DNA of 64,000 bases from Lama glama. Taxonomy: Eukaryota. The DNA lies in the NCBI GenBank assembly GCA_028534125.1, contig CM052816.1:64916001-64980000 (forward strand), read 5' to 3'. A program made the position numbers and the translations under genes. The notes beneath the pieces are model-generated. The model worked only from the letters and a program-made list of their open reading frames with translations, ran no database searches and was not told the DNA's origin. Positions 12,912-26,170 of the stretch are shown in pieces (position 1 is the stretch's first letter; every line of letters begins with the position of its first letter).

Positions 12912-13296
12912 TTGGCTTTGTTTACACTCTCTGTTATATTAAAATTTCCCATTAATTTCTATTTTTTAAAAAAGTTCCTTCTCTTTTCTTTTGGTTTAAT
13001 ATGCTGTTCTTATATATCTTCTTGACATACAGCCTAAGGTAATTTATTTTTAGGCTTTTTTTTCTCACCTAATATCTACACATAAATATCCCTCACAGGT
13101 CAGATTTAACTATTTAACAAGTTTTTTTTTTGGTAGGATTTTCATTTTTATTTAGTTCAAAATATTTTTGAATTTCCATTGAGAATTCTTTGACCCATGT
13201 GTTCTTTATAAAAGTATTATTTAATTTCCAAACATATAGAGATTTTCTAGTTATCTTTTTGCTAATGATTTCTACCTTAGTCATTTAAAAAGAATA

Positions 13297-13432
13297 CAGT
13301 AGTTTCCTGGTGTCTGCGGGGGGTTGGGTCCAGGACCCCCAGTGAATACTAAAAGCCATGGAAGCTCAGGTCCTTATGTAAAATTGCACAGAACAGTTGG
13401 CCTTCCATATCTACCGTACAGAGGGCTGACTG
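13297..13432. mobile_element. TcMar-Tigger non-autonomous element (MER2/MER8-like)
   Basis: TA|cagtagtttcctggtgtctgcgggggttgggtccaggacccc ... gagggctgactg terminal inverted repeats. Confidence 0.65.
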
Positions 13433-13620
13433 TGGATATTCTGCTGTTATTAGGATTATGTTCTATATATGTTAATTAAAGTTTCTGAATCATGTTTGTA
13501 TTTTATCTGTAGTGACTGATTATTTTCTGCTTATTACATCTGTTACAAGAGACATATGTTAAAATGCCTCAACATAATTTGTGGATTTATCATTTTTTCT
13601 TCGAATTCTGCTAATTTTTA

Positions 13621-14041
13621 AAATTTAAAAATTTTTAAAATTGAAGTATAGTTGATTTACAATGTTTGTTGGTTTCTGGTGTAGCGCATAGTGATTCAGT
13701 TACATATATATATTCATTTTCGTATTCTTTTTCATTATAAGTTATTACAAACTATTGATACCTCTGTGCTATACAGTAGAACCTTACTGTTTATCTATTT
13801 TATAAAGTAGTTTGTATCTGCTAATCTCAAGCTCCCAATTTATCCCTCCTCTCGGTCTTTCCCCTTTGGCAACCATAAATTTGTTTTCTATGTCAGTGAG
13901 TCTGTGTTTGGTGAATAAGGTGATTTGTATCATTTTTCAGATTCCACATATAAGTGGTATCACATGATATTCGTCTTTCTCTGTCTGACTTACTTCATTT
14001 AGTATGATCATCTCCAGGTCTGTCCATGTTGCTGCACGTGT
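13621..14041 (-). mobile_element. 5'-truncated lineage-specific L1 3' end nested in the older L1
   Basis: ttgaagtatagttgatttacaatg tail; perfect 17-bp TSD aattctgctaattttta at 13604-13620 and 14042-14058. Confidence 0.92.
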
Positions 14042-15609
14042 AATTCTGCTAATTTTTATGTTAAATAGCTTGAGTCTGTGCTATAGGAACATGCACTTAC
14101 AGAACTGCTGTATCTTTATTGTAAATTGAGAACTTTATCATTATGAACTGCACCTCTCTATCTCAGCCAGTGCTTTCTGTCTTAAAGTCTGTCTTGTCTG
14201 ATGTGAACAGGACTGCCTCAGCTTTGTTTCAGGACTGTTTTTGCATAGTGACTCTTCCCCATTCTTTCACCTTCAATCTTTCTATATCCTTAAATTTAAG
14301 GAATGTCTCTTGTAAGCACATACTGTTTTTATTTAATCCAGTGTAGCAAGTTTGTTTTTTAATTGGAATATTTAATATGTTTATGTTTTATTTAATTATT
14401 GATATATTTGGGTTTAAATCTATCCTTACTTGCTTCCCATTTGTCCCATCTTTTCTGTCCCCTTTTTCTCTCTTTTCATTTTCTTTTTGTCTGAAGTTTT
14501 AAAAAAAATTATTTTTTAATCCTTTTTTCCTTTTCTGTTGGCTTGGTAATTATATATCCTTTTCAATGCTGTTAGTGGTTAACAAAAATTGTCACATGCA
14601 TCATTGACTTACTATTAAAGCCTAAGATGAATTAATACTTCACCATTTCCTGGATAATTTATAGAAATTAAGATACTCTAATTTCATTCTCCCACTCCAA
14701 ACTTATAATACTCTTTTTTAGGTGTTCTAATTTCATATTTATACTTAAACCCCTCAGGACATTATTATTGAGTAAATTATTATTGAATATATTCAGTATT
14801 CATTTAGATTTACCTTTTTTTTTGGCTTTTCATTTTTTTCTGTCTCAGTCCTCCATCTGTGAACACTTTTCTTTCTTCCTGAAGAGAACCTCACTGTTGC
14901 ACTGTGTACATGTCTGCTGCTAAGGAATCTTGGTTTTCGTTTTCCAGAAAGTGTCTTTATTTAGCCTTTGTTTCTGAAAGATATTTTTACTGGGTATAGA
15001 ACTTTAGTTTGGCAGCTACTTCTTTTCCAGTATTTTGAAGATACTCGCTTGTTTTCTGCTTCCATTGTCACCTAATATCTTCCAAATCTTAGCTGGATAG
15101 GTAGAAATATACTAGGCATGCAAACATTTATCTCAAAGTATGAATAAAAACACATCCATGAATTCATATTTCTATTTTAGTGGAATTTTGCAAAAAGTGT
15201 GCATGCATATGTCTGGCTCAGACTTGACTTTCACAGTCTCAGAGTAGTTCTTTTTCTAAGACACACCTGTAATACTATTCTTTTCATTTATGATGTTAAT
15301 CCAAAAGATCCTGTCTTGTATTAACTTTCCTGATCATTTAAAATTTTATTTTCACATGGCTGTTGGTTAACTGTGTTTCACTGAATATCTTCATTTTTGG
15401 ATATCATTTGTTGGAAAAATAGCTAAAGGTGACACCTTCTTACTGAGTATGTTGTGCCTGCAATTGTATATTTACATATGACTTATTTCTTCACGTAGAA
15501 AAGTATTCTGCTGCAATATTAACTTCTTTTAGCATAATACTGTGCTTGAAATGTCAACTAAACTCTCACTTTTAAAATATTTTTTCCTGTACTAAAACTC
15601 ACTGCATTA

Positions 15610-15842
15610 TAATGTAGCAGTTAAGAATATGAATTTTAGAGTAAGGCAAACGTAGGCTCAAGTAGTAGCTCTGTTACTTTTTAGTTGTGTATCCTTAGAA
15701 AAATAACTCCAACTCTTTAAGCCCTAGCTTTATAATCTGTAAATTGGGGTCAATGATTTCTATCTTACAATGCTGCTTTAAGAATAACTGAGATGGGGAA
15801 TGAGTTAGTATCATGCTGTATGTGACATCCATTGTTATTATT
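15610..15842 (+). mobile_element. MIR SINE
   Basis: taatgtagcagttaagaatatg...ctgtaaattgggg...tatcttacaatgctgct. Confidence 0.6.
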
Positions 15843-15996
15843 AACTCTTTAATATATAGTGTAATATTGCTGCTATCTTTGCTCATGGAACAGTATATTG
15901 TGTTGACTGATATCTGGTGGGAGAATGGTTCCTTATGAAATAAATAATTTAAAATAACTTACCACTTTATTTTTTGGAGTTTATGAAGATTTATAA

Positions 15997-16410
15997 GGGT
16001 GCCCAAATATTTGGCTAAGCAATTATTTTTGGGCACGTCTGTGAGAGTGATTCCAGATAAGATGAACATTGAAATTGGTAGATTGAGTAAAGCAGATTGC
16101 TTTTCACAATGAGTGTGGGCATCATCCAGTCTGTTGAGACCTGAATAGAACTTAAAGGTGGAGGGAGAGAGAACTGGTTGCCTGACTGCCTAAGCTGAAA
16201 CGTCATTCTTCTGTCCTTTACTGGAACTTACACCATTAGTCCCCCAGGTCTCAGAACTATACCACTGGCTTTCCCAGGCCTCTAGCTTACAGAGAGCAGA
16301 CTGTGGGACTTCTCAGCCTCCGTAATTGTATGAACCTTATAATATATTATCTCCTATTACAACCAATGTCTCCTGTTGGTTCTGTCTCTGTGGAGAACCC
16401 CGATGAATCC
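15997..16410 (+). mobile_element. MLT2-type ERVL LTR (MLT2D-like)
   Basis: gtgcccaaatatttggctaagcaattatttttggg...tagattgagtaaagcagattgc...gtgggacttctcagcctccgtaatt...ggttctgtctctgtggagaaccc. Confidence 0.85.
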
Positions 16411-16424
16411 CATTAGCATTTATT

Positions 16425-16909
16425 GAGTCTCTGACAAGGTGATGCTCTGCCTTCTTGTTTCAGCTCTCATGCTGTAAACAGTGTCCTTTCCTTGACATAT
16501 TTCATGATGCATTTTTTTGCTCTCTGATGTTGATTTTAATGTATAAAATGGCCCCCAAATGTAGTGCTGAATTGCTGTTTGGTGTTCTCAAGCACAGGAA
16601 GTCTGTAATGTACCTTCCTGAGGAAATATGTGTTAGATGAGCTTTATTCAAGCCTAAATTATAGTGCTATTGGCTGTGTTTCAGTGCTAATGAATCAACC
16701 ATATATATTAAACAAGGTGTCTTTAAACAGAAACACACATAAAATAAGATCATATATGGATTGGTTGATGAAAATCTGGTTATGACCAGAGACTCATAAG
16801 AACCTAACCTATCTTTCCCCTAGGAATAATTAATTGTTCAGTATTCACTAACTCAGTGTCTTCAGTGACTTTATAGAACATAACTATTACAAATAATAGG
16901 AACCAACTG
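16425..16909. mobile_element. TcMar-Tigger DNA transposon, MER82-like
   Basis: acaaggtgatgctctgccttcttgtttcagctctcat...aaatggcccccaaatgtagtgctgaa...ctttatagaacataactattacaaataataggaaccaactg|TA. Confidence 0.8.
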
Positions 16910-17534
16910 TATAAACATTTTGTTTAAGCTGAAGAGATGCCCAATGAATATGTATGTTTAAACATTTCGTAGAATTATAGTCAACCCAAACAAAATGGAA
17001 CTATTCTTATTTAATTTTGGAAGACAGGTCTTTTCTCTTTTGTTTAGGTTGGTTTATTTTAGCAGACATTTACTGGTGAATGTATTAAATAAGTCAGATA
17101 CAGTTGAGTTAGTCCCAATTTGTGCTAAAAAGGAGCTCCCAATCTACCATGGAAGGCAATGAGAATTGTGCGAACAACAGTACTGACATTAATTTGTTAT
17201 TCATGGAGCAGATATCAAATGGACAGAGTCAGAGAAGGTCCTGGCTGTTTCTGAACATCAGCAAACCCAGCGTAGGTATAGAAAATAACTATGGAATGTC
17301 AGAGATGAGCTTCAAGAGGCCTATTTTGCTGTATTTGTATATTTTTATAGGAAGAACTTCATAGGTTTTATCTGATTCTCCAAGGAATTCATGATTCTAA
17401 AAAAAGTATAAGAACATCTATGCATATTCAGAGGTCGACTTTGTATCATAAATAGTAAACTGAATTAGCATTAATAGTGTCTTTGACATTGTATTTTGTA
17501 CTCCTATCAATTTAGTAGAGGATTTTTTTATGGT

Positions 17535-17985
17535 AAGAAAATGCTCATTGCTGACTAGAGTGCAGTGAAAGAAATCTGCCTTGGGGCAGTGTAAATTAGT
17601 ACAAAATTTCTAGAAAGATGTGTGGTACCTTTTGAGCCAGGTACCAGATTTACCCTTCACAATTCTATTCTAAGGGAAGTAATTAGACTCGGAAGAAGAA
17701 CTATGCATGAAGATATTCTTCAGAATATAAAAACTGAGAAGCAAAATAAATGTTTAAAAGTTGTTCTTTTAAAAGATGATTTAATGCAATAAAAACAAGA
17801 TACCATGTGAAAAAAAATCACAGCAAACATAGTGTAATCACGGTTTGTATGTATGTAATCAGAAAAATGTATGTTAATAGAGGTTATCCTTATAATAGGT
17901 GTTTCTTTTCCTTCTTTTTAAAAATTTTTTTTCAAATTCTCTAAATGGCTGTGTATTTTTATAATCAGAAAAAACATTAAACAAC
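17535..17985 (+). mobile_element. Very old L1 (L1ME-like) 3' remnant
   Basis: gcagtgtaaattagtacaa, cctttgagccag and ttttataatcagaaaaaaca tail. Confidence 0.45.
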
Positions 17986-18487
17986 ATTTTGCCCCACTTG
18001 AATTTGGATTTACTGAAGGGAAATCCTGTCCTTTTCTCTTATTTTCTGCATTTCAGAATGTCTCATCACTTGCTTTGGTTGAAAGTTAAAACAGAAACAG
18101 TTCTTTCATGTTTGCTCAGTTACAGGCCCCTTTTCCTCCCACGATGTCATTTCAGCTTAAACCTTTATTTTCAGCTCCCTTTTCAACTTTGCCTCTCTTC
18201 TCTCTTCCCTCTTTTCATTCTTTCACTGAATTTAAAAAATTTAAATTCTGTCTGCTTTCCTCCAGCAACATTAACTGTTTCCTCCTTTCCTCTATGTGTA
18301 CCATCTCGTTTCAGATACTCACCTTGACCCTTGTTTCTTTACCCGGATTTTTAGTTTTGGAAATTAGGAGCAGCATTCATGGAATCGTCTCTTACGGGCC
18401 TCAGAGCCTTGGTAGCACTTTTGTGTTAATTTTTACATTTTATTCCTTTTGGAATTTTGCAAGTATTTTCCCTCTATGTCAGAAGCA

Positions 18488-18595
18488 GGTGTACACAGGT
18501 GTGCACGAGTGTGATGTGCTCACGTGTGTGTACATATAAGCCTCTGTGTATGTGCACATATGTATGAGAGCATGTGCGTGTGTGTGAATATGTGT
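18488..18595. repeat. Degenerate alternating purine-pyrimidine (TG/CA/TA) tract
   Basis: gtgtacacaggtgtgcacgagtgtgatgtgctcacgtgtgtgtacata... Confidence 0.7.
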
Positions 18596-21500
18596 TCTGT
18601 TCCTCCAGATCAGGACTGGAGGCTCTGCAGTAAGGCTGACTGCCTGTTGGCCTGTCTCCATTTACTGTCCTTTCCGAGCTTGACACCTGGGCCTCAGGCT
18701 GTATGCACAGGATGGGAATTTCCTAATCCACTGTGGTACCAGCAGGCTCATGTCCATACTTTGAAAGCTCTGGAGAAGATGATCTAAGTTGGGCTGGCTC
18801 TGTAGGCTCTCCAGCTGCTGCCAGGCTGCTTTGGAACCAGGCAGGGTGACTTTTAATCTCCCCAGAAGCCTGGCAACTGGCAAAGAGATACATACATTAG
18901 GCAAAATGGCAGAACTGCATTTACAAAAGTGTGAAGGCAGGACTGAATTAAAACGACATCCCAAAGAAGGAGCTAAGGACAAATTCAGGAGTCTCTCTGA
19001 GTCAAAAATTAAGGCTGGATTTTATAAGATGAACATTTTTTTTTTACAGTTAAATGGGAATTCAAAGTAGATATTTGTAATTGAAGTGCTACACTTCTTT
19101 TATTTCCATAAATCTAAGGTCTGACTTTGAAGTTGGCTTCAACCTTGAGCCCTGAAAATTTGCCTGATAAATCAAACCTGTGATGAAAAGCATCAGGCAC
19201 TTGTGATACTGGCTTGCAGTGTGCAAACACCCGTGGCAGTATTATAGAGAGCTCAGTGTCTCTTATGGAGAGAAATGTGCCTGGATGAGCTTCCTGGGAT
19301 TGGCAGCTCTTCCTTCTCTGTTTAGAAGACAGAGCAGGGTAAAGAAAGGTTAGATAACCAGTGAGATCAATGCTTTACTCTCATGTTATTTTCTTAAAAT
19401 CCAAAATCACATGGGTGAAAATTGGGCTTTATGAAATTTACCTGGTTGGAAACAAACATGCAAATTATATGAGTCCTAAGTTTGCCAAAGCAGCAGCGGC
19501 ATAGCCTGGGGTGAGGAGAAAATGGTGATGCCACAGGGGGCCCTTGCCACCATTGGCCTCTGGAAATAATGTGTAAAAGTTGCTCTTTTTTCCTGCTGCC
19601 TCAGTCTCCCCTTTCTATGCCATCTTCCTGTATTTCCTTCCTCTTCCTCTTTCCAGTTATAGGCACCCCCTTCACAGGAAATGTTAGCACATCTTTATGC
19701 AAATGTAAGATTTACATTAATTCCCTTTAGACTTTAGAATTTGACATTGCGTTCTTTGCTGTGGAACAAAGTGTATAGTTCTTACAAGCAGGCAAGTGGA
19801 CGTTCTATGCTTTTGTTTGTGGAGGGCAGGTTTCAGCGAGCTCTCCTGCTGGCAGTTTGTGTTTCATATCCTGTCCGGTTGTTAGAAAACAGTTAAATAG
19901 AAAGTCTTATGGTTTCGGGAGTCTGGCTTCTTATTTAAAATGCCACCCCTCTTTCTCTTACCATGATGAAGTTTAATTTGTAAGTAAAAGTTGCTACATA
20001 AATCATGTCAAATAAATAGGAAAAAGAAGATGCAACCTTTTGGAAAAGATGATGGAAATGATTATATTCCAGTTTGGAGATTATTGACGCTAATCTGCTG
20101 TCTAACAGATTCAGACTGTATTTAGACCATTCTTCTTTGGTGTCCCCATCTAAGTGTGGAGGAGGCCTGATCTTTTCTGCACAGAGCATGAAACCACCTG
20201 AGGGACAATGGAGCACTGGTGAGGGCTGGACTGAAGTCTCAAGGCTCCTGTGCTGTACCACGTACCACCCACAACAGATGCCACAGAACTACTTTTTTAA
20301 AAATCTTGCCTTTCACATGTCACACTAAAAATACACACTTAAAGAGAACTGAAAAATATAGAAGAACTAAAGAAGCAGGCGATACTCTACCAAAACAATA
20401 TGCAAGATCATGGAACTAAAACAACAAACAAACAGCAACACACTGTATAAAGTAAAGCATAATAGAGCTTTCGTAAATTCCAAAGCAGTTTTTGTAATAT
20501 ACTCAGTACAGAAATAAGAAAGGCATCAGAAAACTGAATAGTCCCTAGCGGACTGAAAAAGGCTACGGAAAAGGATTTAATGCCATCAGTGGGTTGGATA
20601 GAATGCCCTTATTCCCCCAGACTTCTTCCCCGAGACTTCTCATCTGGTTTTTTTTTTCCCTTTTGAAATTCACCTTACAAAACTTTACACAGTTTTCTAT
20701 CTGGCCAACTCAGACTTGGTCCTCTGTTTAACTGTAGTTATCTGTACCTCTTAGAGATGTCCCCTTCAGTTACTCATTGTGTGGCTTGTCACTCTGACTG
20801 GGTTCTGAGCTCTAAAGTCAAGAAACATGTTTTTCATATCTTTGGAATTTCCTCTATAGTTTGGGTAAAACAATTGTATCTGCAGACGGTGTTTAAGAAT
20901 GTTTCCTAACTCACTGGATACTTCCAAATAAGAAAAATAGTTAATGTAAAACTATTCAACTTTGCTTCTGTTATTAATATTTATGTGCTGTGTTCTGAAA
21001 TATCTGTGGAAGACTAGATAAAAGGTAGAGGAACAAATTGTAGGTACAATAGTGACAATGCAAAAGACCTGGAATAATGTCTTGACATAAATAATAAAGA
21101 TGATAAAGTTATCCTGTACAACAACTTTAGATTTCTACAGCAGTTGATTCTTCTAAAAGCACTTTCAGATAATAAAGAACAGAGAGATAAAACTAGGAAA
21201 AGAAATACATGCAAGGAATAACAAAGAAATGTGGAGGTTAAGAAGCAAAAGGACAAAAAAATAAAAAAATAAAAAGGCAAAGAAAATAGAGCCAAGAATA
21301 AAGAAATGGAAGAGAACAGACCAACAAACTGGGACAGTTGTTGGCTAAATTACACACTGGGCAGAGTGTCAAACAAATGCTTTCAACACTGGTATTCCTT
21401 GAGCAGGTCAGGTACGCTGTGGATCATGGCATCTTTTCACTTCTTTTTTACCAGGTAGTGAGAGGGGGGAGTGTTCTGGATTCTGTAACTCTCTTGCTCT

Positions 21501-21676
21501 CCGTTTTTGTTCACTAGGGTTTATATTGATAAGAGTATAGCCATTTGTATTCCAGGCCTTCTATATGCATCAAAAAAAGACATAGACATGGTGAGTGGTA
21601 CTCAACTGTAGAAGCTTATTTCAGTGATTTCACAAAAGCTCAGTTAGGCCTGCTGTGGAGTGCACCATCGATTTTT

Positions 21677-21809
21677 TAAAAAATTTTTTATTATTAAAAA
21701 AACTTTATTGTTTCTTTATTTTTTCATGGAGGTTCTGGGGATTGAACCCAAGACCTTGTGCATGCTAAGCACGTGCTCTACCACTGAGCTGTACCCTCCC
21801 TGCCCCCAA
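21677..21809 (-). mobile_element. tRNA-Ala-derived SINE (Vic-1-like), young copy
   Basis: tRNA-like body about 21727-21799 with A box (cagctcagtgg) and B box (ggttcaatcc); perfect TSD catcgattttt at 21666-21676 and 21810-21820. Confidence 0.93.
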
Positions 21810-22599
21810 CATCGATTTTTGATCCTGTTGTAAGATTCTGCGAATTTCCCAACCTTAGGAGGCAGGTCTCACGTGATTGTTAATAAAGCTGAATGTAATA
21901 ACTTATTATAAAGAAGTTCCAAGAAGAAGAAGAAGACATCCCAAGTGGCTCTAGAACTGAAAAAGTGCAGATGAAATGGTTCTGCCTGTCACATGGGTCA
22001 GAGGCCACAAAAGGTTCTAAAATGACCATTATTACTGCTTTGGAAGGATGAGCTACATATTTTTAAAGATATTTCAATAAGTTGACCTCCTTGTATTCTG
22101 AGAGTGGCAAACTTCTCTGCTTTTGGGTCTGTTTTATTCAGAAATTATATTAACTTTCGTTGAAGGGCAGGTGACTCACACCAAAATGACAAGATTAGTA
22201 AGGTTCTGAAAGCAGGTCAGAAGGAAGATATGGATGATGGTCAAAGATAAAACTCACTGAACCCTTGGAAAGTTTTCTCATATTCAATTAAGAAGAGAGA
22301 TTAAGTCTTGCTTGCTGTTGAGAACACTAGCATGGAGACAGACTTTTGATTTAATTGCCTTCTTTGCTACTGAAAGCATGGATCAACTATTTTCAAGATT
22401 CAGAGATCAACACCCCTGTTTTGGCAATAATTCTACTTTGTCACACTTCAGGTTTTGAAACAGAGTAGAGAACACTTTCCTTTAGTGGCCTGAGCACCTG
22501 CTATGATTCTGGTGCTGGCCCTGCCCTAATCATTTCTGTTGGCCTCAGCTCCCTCAACTCTAAAAGGGAATAATTATTACATCAGTCGTGCTTTATGAT

Positions 22600-22845
22600 A
22601 GTAATAACTTCCATTTCTAAATGCCTACCGTGTGCCAGATACTTGGCTGTGCCTCCGTCATATGTTATCTTTAAATTTCATCAGCTCTGCAAAGAAAGAA
22701 TAACGATCATTCATGTTTTACAACTGAGAAAGCTGAGGCTCAGATCCTTTCAGTAACCTGCCTGAAATCACACAGCTAAGAAGTGGCAAAGCCAGGATAT
22801 AAACCTTCAGATGTGTGGTCACAAAGCCCCTTTTCAGTCCTCCAT
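22600..22845 (-). mobile_element. MIR SINE, apparently nested in a plus-strand MIR/MIR3 spanning about 22530-22930
   Basis: aataacttccatttctaaatgcctaccgtgtgccag...ttttacaactgagaaagctgaggctcag; flanks ggcctcagctccctcaactctaaaaggg and ttggaaaatagaaaagttctttgtaaatgc. Confidence 0.7.
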
Positions 22846-24952
22846 GAGATTCTGAGATTCATGTAAAATGACGTTTATTGACATGTTTGGAAAATAGAAA
22901 AGTTCTTTGTAAATGCATGTTCTTATTACCATTGTTATCCTGCTGAATGCAAGTTAGTTAATGTGTGTTTATGGAGTTCCTTGCGGGTGCTCAGTACTGA
23001 ATCAGACGTCATTTTGAGTACTCTACGGAGCTATATATTTTCCCCAATGTAGCATTACATCAGGTGTATTATAAGTAAATCTTAAATAGTTCCAAGTGAT
23101 ATTGCTTCCACTCTGGGAATCAAGTATTAGCTTATTTTGGATCTTTCTTTGGAGAAAAAAGAAGAAAAGCAAATGTGTTCATCTAAATTGAATGAATGTT
23201 TCAGGAAACAAAAACCGGCTGCATGGTAGTCCAACCTTCAGAGTCAGCAAATAAAGACCCTAGGAACCATGAGAGTTGATAGGAAAACTCCAAATGAGAA
23301 GAGAGAAATATAAGGGTTAGCACATTTCTCCTGAAAAATTCGTGTGTTTACAAATGTTCTGGACGAACAGAACCCCTGTCTGGTTCTCTGTTTGTTTTTT
23401 GAGTATCTAATGACCAATAGAGTTGTTAAAACTTACTTGAAGAGTCTATCCTTGATTCAGGGATATCAGACTTCCTGTGCCAAAGATGGCTGGGGATCCA
23501 CTCAATTCTTCTAAAGTAAGCACTAAGTTTTGGAAGGAATTTTCTTTTGTGGGAAACATCCTGTTCACAAAGAGAGCTATGAGCATGAGATGGCTTTTTT
23601 TTTTTTTTCCAGGGAGGAAACTGAAGGGAGCTGGTTGGTTCAGTAGCCAGGAATCAACCTTTAGGACAGGTTAACATTCCAGACAGACTCCTGTATCCTT
23701 TTCCCGTGGTCTTTTGGAGGAACTGCTTAAAGTCAAAATAAAAGTTCACTAAATTCCATAGAATAATCAGCTGAGCCCAGAAATGAGCTATTTCTTACTG
23801 TTGCCTCTGTTTCCTTAGGTATCAAGTGCAGATGAAGAGACCCACCTTGGAAAGTCCTTGTGAGGAGTAAATAACATAATATAAGTGCATATCCCGGCAT
23901 ACACAAAATCGTTATTGAATCCTAGGCCATTTTCCCCAGTACGCTCATCCAGTTGTTCTTTAAGGCTCAAGGTGAACTGTGGATTCTGCTGAGCCACAGG
24001 ATGTCTAAAGAGTTAAGAAAAATGCTTTCAAATTGAGAAAAGATGGAGGAGGCTGCCTCTCTAGCCCTCACCAAGGAAGTATGTCGGGTGGAAAAGAGTC
24101 TTTGTTTGGGTTTGGTAAGAGTTTCATGATGGGGCCATATAGAGAAGGAGCTGAAGCCACTTAACCATGGGCTGCCTGCTTGTCTTTGATCACCTTGGTG
24201 GAATGAATGTGGGGCCACTGACTGACCCATGCATTTTCCTGCAGGTGAGATGGGAGAGGGTCGCCTTTGTCCAGCTTTCCTATCAGACATTTTGGTCACA
24301 GTTGGGTCTCTGCTGGGCCAAGGCAGAAGCCCATCTGGGAGGACAGGACCACTACATGGCCAGGATGGGTTTTCTTTGCCTCAGTCTGGACCCCAACAGA
24401 CAGACTTGACCAAACGAAGGTAGTTCTATAAAAGATATTTGGAAAAAAAAAAAAAACTGGATACTGCAAGAGCTGTCATCAGCCCCTTTTTGCTGTTTGG
24501 ATTTGGTCACATTTGTTCCTGGGGAGAGGAACAAAAGGGCAGCCTAACATCGTCCCTGTAGCCCTCCAGCCACAGCCAGTCAGAACCCTCCCCAGCCCCA
24601 GCAGCAATGATGCTGGCCAAGCATCTGGTCCAGGCCCCCTGTGTACAAGTTCCTGGGCCTGGGGTGAGGGTACTCTTGTTGTAATGCCTTTGAACATAAT
24701 CCTAGGAGCGGATGCACTGTGGGAGGTGGAATCAGTGTTTGAAGCTCTGGGGACTCAGCTTAGATTATTCTTTACTTCTTGCCAGTGTCCCCTAGTAGGA
24801 TGAGCTCTGCTCAGGGAGACAAGGGACTGCCATTTGCCAGTTGATTGCAACAAGTCACTTTATGACAGTTTCCTTGGAGTGAGGGCATCTCTAATCTGGA
24901 TCTTAGCACAAACAACCTATAAGTCTGTGGTCTGCCTCTGCCTAGGGCACAG

Positions 24953-24954
<2 letters not shown>

Positions 24955-24992
<38 letters not shown>
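24955..24992. repeat. (GT)19 microsatellite
   Basis: Perfect dinucleotide run read directly. Confidence 0.97.
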
Positions 24993-24993
<1 letters not shown>

Positions 24994-25444
24994 CATCCTC
25001 CCTCCTTTCCAGCCCCTGCTTCTGGGGATGTTCCTTCAAACTATTCTCAGCCTCTTTTGTTATGCAACTTTCTCTGTGCAAAAGAAAAAGATTAAGTCTG
25101 AATGGATCATTGTTTCTTATATGATAAACAACTGCTGATAAAGTCAGGGATTGACCTATTTCTGAAGCAGACAACAGAGGGAAGTTTATGGCTTTCTCTG
25201 AAGAATTAACCAGTTTTTCTTAGAACCTGTTTTACGGAACTGGGCTAATAATGCTGGCCATATGTGGCTGAAGTTTTCTTGGCCATAGATCAAAGTCTCC
25301 AATACACCAGTACAGACAGTGAGAAAGCAGCAAGAGTCAGGAGGAAGCATTTGCAATGACTTTTGGAGTCAGACTCTATTAGGAAAGTAGAAAAAGGATG
25401 GGAATGGTTATAATGTCTGGAAGAATTGTCAAGTGACTGATACA

Positions 25445-25995
25445 TAAGAAAAATGTCTAACTTCTCTAATAATGAAAGAGATGCAAATAAAAATGCTCCA
25501 TTTCCCCCTATTGTTTTGGCAGAAATGTAGATGTTTGGTTAAACCTGGTGTGCCTGAGACGTGAGGAAATGGGCCCACTCATGCAGCTGCCTGATACCTT
25601 TTGGAGGGCAGTTGGGTGATAAAAACCGAAACGTAAAGTGTATAGTCTCTTTGCCCAGCAACTCTCAGTTTAAGACTTACCCTAAGGAGATAACTGCATG
25701 AATGGAAAAATAAGTTCGCCAAAGCATATTCATGGGGAAAGCTAGAGATAACCGATGTTCATCAGTTGGGGCCCGGCTTCGTCAATTATGGTAAACACCT
25801 TTCGGGAAGTTCTGTGCAGTCAATTAAAATGATGATAAAGAGCTTTACATCTCATATGGACAATTATTTAATGATGCAAAGCAGATTAGAAAACAAAATG
25901 GTCACATTTGTATAAAGTGATATTACTAGAAATATGGGAGGTTTTGCACTTAAATCTTAACCAGTAGAATTTGAGGCTATTTTATTTTCTTTCTT
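25445..25995 (+). mobile_element. Old L1 (L1ME-like) 3' remnant
   Basis: ctaataatgaaagagatgcaaataaaa, cttttggagggcagttggg, ttaccctaaggagataa. Confidence 0.65.
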
Positions 25996-25999
25996 ATTC

Positions 26000-26170
26000 A
26001 GCTCCCAGTTCTGCCACTTATCAACTCTGTGTCCTTAGGGGAACTTATTTAACCTCTCATACTCTTGGTAAAAATGAGGCTAATAATAGGTATCAGCCTC
26101 TTAGAAGTTACAGAGGGGATTAGGCAATAAACACATGTTAAGCACTTCGGATGGGGTAAGAAAGCACTTT
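26000..26170 (+). mobile_element. MIR SINE
   Basis: cccagttctgccacttatcaactctgtgtccttagggga...cttatttaacctctc. Confidence 0.75.

Larger units (their letters stand above)
11885..15070 (-). mobile_element. Old, highly diverged L1 (L1MD/L1ME-like), interrupted by a SINE, a Tigger-type element and a younger L1
   Basis: Antisense ORF2 motifs such as atccagcaacttgctaa, taaggttatgctggcctcataatatgagttg and tttaatttccaaacatatagagattttc; T-rich. Confidence 0.75.

Noticed and set aside
17989..18539. ORFs of 112-143 aa rich in F/L/S
   Set aside because: By-products of pyrimidine-rich low-complexity DNA with non-ATG or weak starts; no recognisable domain.
21727..21799. Apparent tRNA-Ala gene (also near 12808-12880, 44980-45040 and 48015-48088)
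   Set aside because: Each copy has an A-rich tail, TSDs and stem mismatches, which marks SINE copies rather than tRNA genes.
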